Made by a program: the position numbers and the translations under genes. Shown here piece after piece: positions 27,001 through 27,906 of a stretch of 27,906 bases of DNA. Origin of the DNA: Bdellovibrionota bacterium FG-1 (lineage in GTDB: Bacteria > Bdellovibrionota > UBA1018); NCBI GenBank assembly GCA_051382295.1, contig JBBCAW010000128.1:1-27906 (forward strand), given 5' to 3'. The notes beneath the pieces are model-generated. The model was not told the DNA's origin. It made no database searches and saw only the letters and a program-made list of their open reading frames with translations. Within the stretch, counting starts at the first letter, position 1, and each line of letters begins with the position of its first letter.

Positions 27001-27906
27001 CCTTTATTAAACACTGGGTGAATCAAAAATCCCCCCGTAAGACTCATACCCTAGAGCCCGGGGAAGTTCGGGCGTTTCGGCGGTATGCACGACGCACTTG
27101 GCATTATTTTGAAACCTTTGTCGGATCCGCGGATCACTGGCTGGCACCCGATAATTTTCAGATCGATCCCAGACCGGTCGTCGCGCACCGGACCTCTCCC
27201 ACGAATATAGGTCTGCAGCTCCTGGCCACCTCCTCCGCCTTTGACTTGGGCTATCTCGGTTTTCTGGAATATCTCGAAAGCCTGGAAAGGACTTTTTTAA
27301 CCCTCGGCCAACTCGAAAAAAAGCATGGCCACTTCTTGAACTGGTACGACACCCTCACCCTCGAACCCCTCCGCCCGCAATATATTTCCACGGTCGATAG
27401 CGGCAATCTGGCCGGGCATCTCATCACGCTCAAGCAAGCCTGCCGCGAGCTCGCGCAGGCACCAGGATCATGGCAACAGCAACGGCCCGCTTCCAGAGCC
27501 GGACTCGCGGACACTCTCCACCAATTACTTGAAGAGGCATGCAGCGTCGAAAATCTCACGCAGAACTCCGGAACGATCACCCTCAAGCACCTTCAGGACT
27601 CAATCGAAGCCTGTCTGAGACAGGCTTCTCCGAGCGGAACGGAAACAGGCCTACCTTGGGCCGAACTCCTGACGGACCTGTCCTCCCGGTTGGCCGAATG
27701 CGAAGACATTTTGAATGGAGTCGCGGCCGAAGAAAACCCGGATAAACTCTCGGAAACCCGGATTTGGTTGGTGGCCATACAAAGACAGGTGCGGGAATTT
27801 CAACGGGACCTCCAAGAATTGGAGTCGGGCGCCCGCCCAACCGCGGGCCCCCGGTTCGCGGCCCTCATGACCCAATGTGATGAGCTCATGGGCGGGATGG
27901 ATTTTC
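24015..27906 (+). CDS. Cyclic beta-1,2-glucan synthase (Cgs/NdvB/ChvB family), partial, runs off the window end
   Basis: Not in the ORF track. Manual translation from ATG 24015: PVREELFSVERL, AAEWFVDNFH, GYPRVY, WERKRGKL, TLDSDT, LSHDLFEG, HRWTRGDWQ, RTSPTNIGL and YISTVDSGNLAGHL. Frame spot-checked at four points. Confidence 0.93.
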   Translation, partial: MNNTETEQSSRHFADFLSILRRSTDLLTADPVREELFSVERLELYATYLAQQLAVSSDPRRGRSLLPEFKRTGAQLLEDYQSLTAAIRAKQAVSPAAEWFVDNFHIIEDQLRSIKQDLPQNYYYELSKLASGELKGYPRVYAMAMAIIAHTDSRLDANTLRRFIQAYQQISPLKIGELWAVAITLRIALLEHLTPLTARIVSARKNRGAADTLADRLLELAVDPKVEPHELLQLLARELGPPETYDRAFIVQLTQRLRDQDPDVRPAFDWLEKQLQTHHHTNTLQVVQLELHRQAAAQVTVGNIISSLRLLATLDWRDFFESVSLVDPILAQDPAGAYAKMDFQTRDRYRHAIERIARRSKGDELEVSRQAMVLATAVKTTNPNDQRRSHIGYYLIGEGLPQLERIFKYRPRLMERLHRMILRYPTFFYLGLLSGLVSFFIIPLNELHWTIWFLAAFPASELALSILNYYITFLINPQVLPKMEAVHGLPSDAHTMVVIPTLFTHVNVVRSLLESLELHYLGNQDPVLSFALLGDFSDADVEHGPNDEAILAVVRQGIHELNTRYPAAPHARFHLFYRRRQWNQSEEKWIGWERKRGKLLEFNRLLRGARNTSYLGALPDFKFLSEIKYVITLDSDTQLPRNAAHQLIATIVHPLNQPQYDTRQKRVTAGYGILQPRINVDLVSATRTRFAQLYSGNTGLDPYTTAVSDVYQDLFAEGSFTGKGLYVVDAFELALADRVPENIVLSHDLFEGSYARSALVTDVELFDDYPSDYETFSKRAHRWTRGDWQIAPWLFPWVSDARGHLVPNHLSIISRWKIFDNLRRSLVPITTLLWLILAWTLLPGAPAALTVPILIMLAFPIYAPILSGVALKRDGLPWRGYLLNGFKQTLLRLSQVSLMIAFLPDHAWTQADAILRTLYRKLISGKKLLEWMTFAQSHYTHHSQIKRRPIFIFEEMMAPGPLLAILIGSLLIGIPGLCARALPIASPFLLCWLAAPFIKHWVNQKSPRKTHTLEPGEVRAFRRYARRTWHYFETFVGSADHWLAPDNFQIDPRPVVAHRTSPTNIGLQLLATSSAFDLGYLGFLEYLESLERTFLTLGQLEKKHGHFLNWYDTLTLEPLRPQYISTVDSGNLAGHLITLKQACRELAQAPGSWQQQRPASRAGLADTLHQLLEEACSVENLTQNSGTITLKHLQDSIEACLRQASPSGTETGLPWAELLTDLSSRLAECEDILNGVAAEENPDKLSETRIWLVAIQRQVREFQRDLQELESGARPTAGPRFAALMTQCDELMGGMDF

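Noticed and set aside
24072..27875. Many short ORFs listed in the last 4 kb
   Set aside because: They are off-frame or antisense shadows of the long glucan synthase frame.

Overview
Bacterial chromosomal window of roughly 50% GC. The gene content and sigma54-type motifs resemble Bdellovibrionota/delta-proteobacteria, but this is an impression, not a classification. The first ~2.9 kb look like the right end of a tRNA-Leu(CAA)-targeted genomic island. It holds a 5'-truncated tyrosine recombinase, two small membrane peptides, a decayed receiver domain and a compact three-gene module (63-aa orphan, GNAT toxin-like acetyltransferase, divergent BolA-like protein). It ends in arm-type repeats and a 3' tRNA fragment (attR). 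The rest is backbone: modABC, Hsp20, GST, three small orphan ORFs, a TolC/MacA/ABC efflux operon running into ppk1-sixA, convergent ppx, oxyR-ahpC with an OxyR box, csbD, an OmpA-family lipoprotein pseudogene, yaeQ, rpsU, a secreted protein with a caspase/CHAT-like His-Cys signature, a Tim44-domain protein and a DEAD-box helicase. The last 3.9 kb are the 5' part of a cyclic beta-1,2-glucan synthase that the ORF track missed. The best candidate for an undescribed system is the island's orphan-GNAT-BolA-like module.
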